A stretch of 64,000 bases of DNA. It comes from Hyphomicrobiales bacterium. GTDB taxonomy: Bacteria; Pseudomonadota; Alphaproteobacteria; Rhizobiales; JACESI01. The translations under genes and the position numbers were made by a program. The stretch is from contig JBDVXS010000139.1 of NCBI GenBank assembly GCA_039964305.1, positions 1,501 through 65,500 on the forward strand, written 5' to 3'. Shown one piece after another: positions 62,883 to 64,000 of this stretch (position 1 is the stretch's first letter; the number at the start of each line of letters is the position of its first letter). The notes under the pieces are model-generated. The model did not search any database. It was not told the origin of the DNA and saw nothing but the letters and a program-made list of their open reading frames with translations.

Positions 62883-63655
62883 GAAGCCTTTTTCTTCTTG
62901 CCCTTGTTGCGCAGCACATGCGCAAAGCTTGCATCATAAAGTGCTGAATCTTTGAAATCATGCTGTTCAAAAACACGACCAACAAAGATAAGGGCTGTGC
63001 GGGTAATCTTGGCAGCACGTACTTTTTCACGAATGTCTGAGAGTGTTCCGCGAATGATTTCTTGATCTGGCCATGTGGCACGGTAAATCACGATCACAGG
63101 GCAGTCCGCGCCATAATGCGGGGTCAATGTTTCCTCAATGAGCTTGAGGTTGCGAATAGATAAATGGATTGCGAGCGTTGCGCCAGATTTGCCAAATGTA
63201 TCGAGGTCTTCCCCCTCAGGCATGCCAGATGCTTTGCCTGAGGTGCGCGTCACGATAACACTTTGCGCGATTTCAGGAAGCGTCAGCTCCATTTTCAATT
63301 CAGCAGCCGCCGCCGCAAAGGCTGGAACACCCGGTACAATTTCATAATCAATATTAGCCGCTTCAAACCGTCTAATCTGCTCAGCAAGCGCGCCATATAA
63401 CGACGGATCGCCAGAGTGCACCCGCGCCACATCTTGCCCCTTTTCGTGAGCTGCAATGATGTCCACCATAATCTCATCAAGGTTCATAGAGGCTGTGTCT
63501 TTGACCAAGGCATCGCTCGGCGCTGCTTCCACAATGGCCGTCGGCACCAGCGAGCCTGCATATAAGCAAACAGGGCAACGCTCAATCAGTTTGAGGCCAC
63601 GAACAGTGATTAGGTCTGGAGCACCGGGGCCAGCGCCGATAAAATAAACAGTCAT
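62879..63655 (-). CDS. cobM: Precorrin-4 C11-methyltransferase
   Basis: VYFIGAGPGAPDLITVRG and SGDPSLYGA tetrapyrrole-methylase motifs. The ATG at 63655 forms a TGATG overlap with the cobJ stop. The longest ORF starts at TTG 63658. Confidence 0.9.
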   Translation of the reverse strand: MTVYFIGAGPGAPDLITVRGLKLIERCPVCLYAGSLVPTAIVEAAPSDALVKDTASMNLDEIMVDIIAAHEKGQDVARVHSGDPSLYGALAEQIRRFEAANIDYEIVPGVPAFAAAAAELKMELTLPEIAQSVIVTRTSGKASGMPEGEDLDTFGKSGATLAIHLSIRNLKLIEETLTPHYGADCPVIVIYRATWPDQEIIRGTLSDIREKVRAAKITRTALIFVGRVFEQHDFKDSALYDASFAHVLRNKGKKKKAS

Positions 63656-64000
63656 CAAATTTCCTTCCGGTCATAGCCGCGTGGCGTATAGACCCATGTT
63701 TTTCCGTCACCCGTCTTCACAGCTTTGGAGTTGCTTGAGCCGACCATCACCAGCGTCAACATATCAACATCTTCGCTGTTGACTGTCTCAAGCGTAAAGA
63801 CACGCACATGCTCTGCGGGGCGGCCAAGATCGGTCGCTAAAATCACAGGCGTATCAGCAAGGCGGTGTTTGCGGAGGGTGTCGAAGGCCTCATCCAAAAG
63901 CGTGACGCGACGTTTGGAACGCGGGTTATAAAACGCGGTGACAAAGTCGCCTTCGGCTGCCGCCTTAAGACGTTTCAAAATATCATCGCGCGGGGTCAGA
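63655..64000 (-). CDS. cobJ: Precorrin-3B C17-methyltransferase (C-terminal part, gene continues beyond the window)
   Basis: FVTAFYNPRSKRR ... VDMLTLVMVGSS ... WVYTPRGY are typical of the CobJ/CbiH C-terminus. The reading frame stays open to the window end. Confidence 0.8.
   Translation of the reverse strand, partial: LTPRDDILKRLKAAAEGDFVTAFYNPRSKRRVTLLDEAFDTLRKHRLADTPVILATDLGRPAEHVRVFTLETVNSEDVDMLTLVMVGSSNSKAVKTGDGKTWVYTPRGYDRKEI

Noticed and set aside
1-64000. Search for CRISPR arrays, tRNA/rRNA genes, IS elements, integrases, toxin-antitoxin pairs and phage genes
   Set aside because: None found. All intergenic gaps are under 270 nt, none shows a cloverleaf-like or repeat-spacer structure, and no ORF has transposase, integrase or known defence-protein motifs.

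Overview
This 64 kb window looks like ordinary chromosome from an alphaproteobacterium, probably a marine Hyphomicrobiales- or Rhodobacterales-like organism, with roughly 50% GC by eye. The taxonomic guess rests on gene content and synteny: bolA | J-domain-cobS-cobT, obg-proB, DUF1674, DUF952-pyrD and a TadG-like protein. I support about 64 protein-coding genes packed tightly, many with 1-4 nt start/stop overlaps. I found no tRNA, rRNA, CRISPR array, transposase, integrase or phage gene. The blocks run left to right as follows. (1) 1-7.2 kb holds an amidohydrolase (8-oxoguanine-deaminase-like), an IorAB-type molybdenum hydroxylase, an SDR, an Fe-ADH and two EamA exporters. (2) 7.2-11.8 kb holds a secreted esterase, a 2-hydroxyacid dehydrogenase, an aminotransferase and an orphan TadG-like vWA protein. 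(3) 11.9-14.5 kb is modABC. (4) 14.6-21.6 kb is a complete leucine/isovalerate (liu) operon headed by a TetR regulator with a perfect 10+10 bp operator-like palindrome. (5) 21.6-25.3 kb holds a GT39 glycosyltransferase, a Rieske oxygenase with a translationally coupled 80-aa ORF, and a small secreted Cys protein preceded by 11-bp tandem repeats. (6) 25.5-34 kb holds housekeeping genes including nadD-proA, htpX, a Tag-like glycosylase and an unusual NrtS-like/MCP fusion. (7) 33.8-39.1 kb is bolA | J-domain-cobS-cobT-phytase-like. (8) 39.9-45.5 kb is obg-proB-recR, a MATE exporter, pyrD and DUF952. (9) 45.7-50.8 kb holds a CrbS/CrbR-type SLC5-domain hybrid kinase with a LuxR response regulator. 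(10) 51-55.2 kb holds mscL, an aminotransferase and a FixL/FixJ-like pair plus an extra receiver. (11) 55.3-64 kb is a cobalamin cluster (DUF1636, cobU, cobD, cobC, cobQ, cobB, cbiD, cobK, cobM, cobJ). I do not see a convincing novel defence or mobile system. The most promising under-described items are: the FixL-like kinase whose heme-pocket residues all appear substituted; the NrtS-like/MCP fusion; the Rieske oxygenase with its coupled small ORF; the repeat-preceded secreted protein; and a ~13.9 kb inversion that splits the canonical obg-proB-proA-nadD operon. All functional calls come from reading motifs by eye and recalling protein families. No database search was run.
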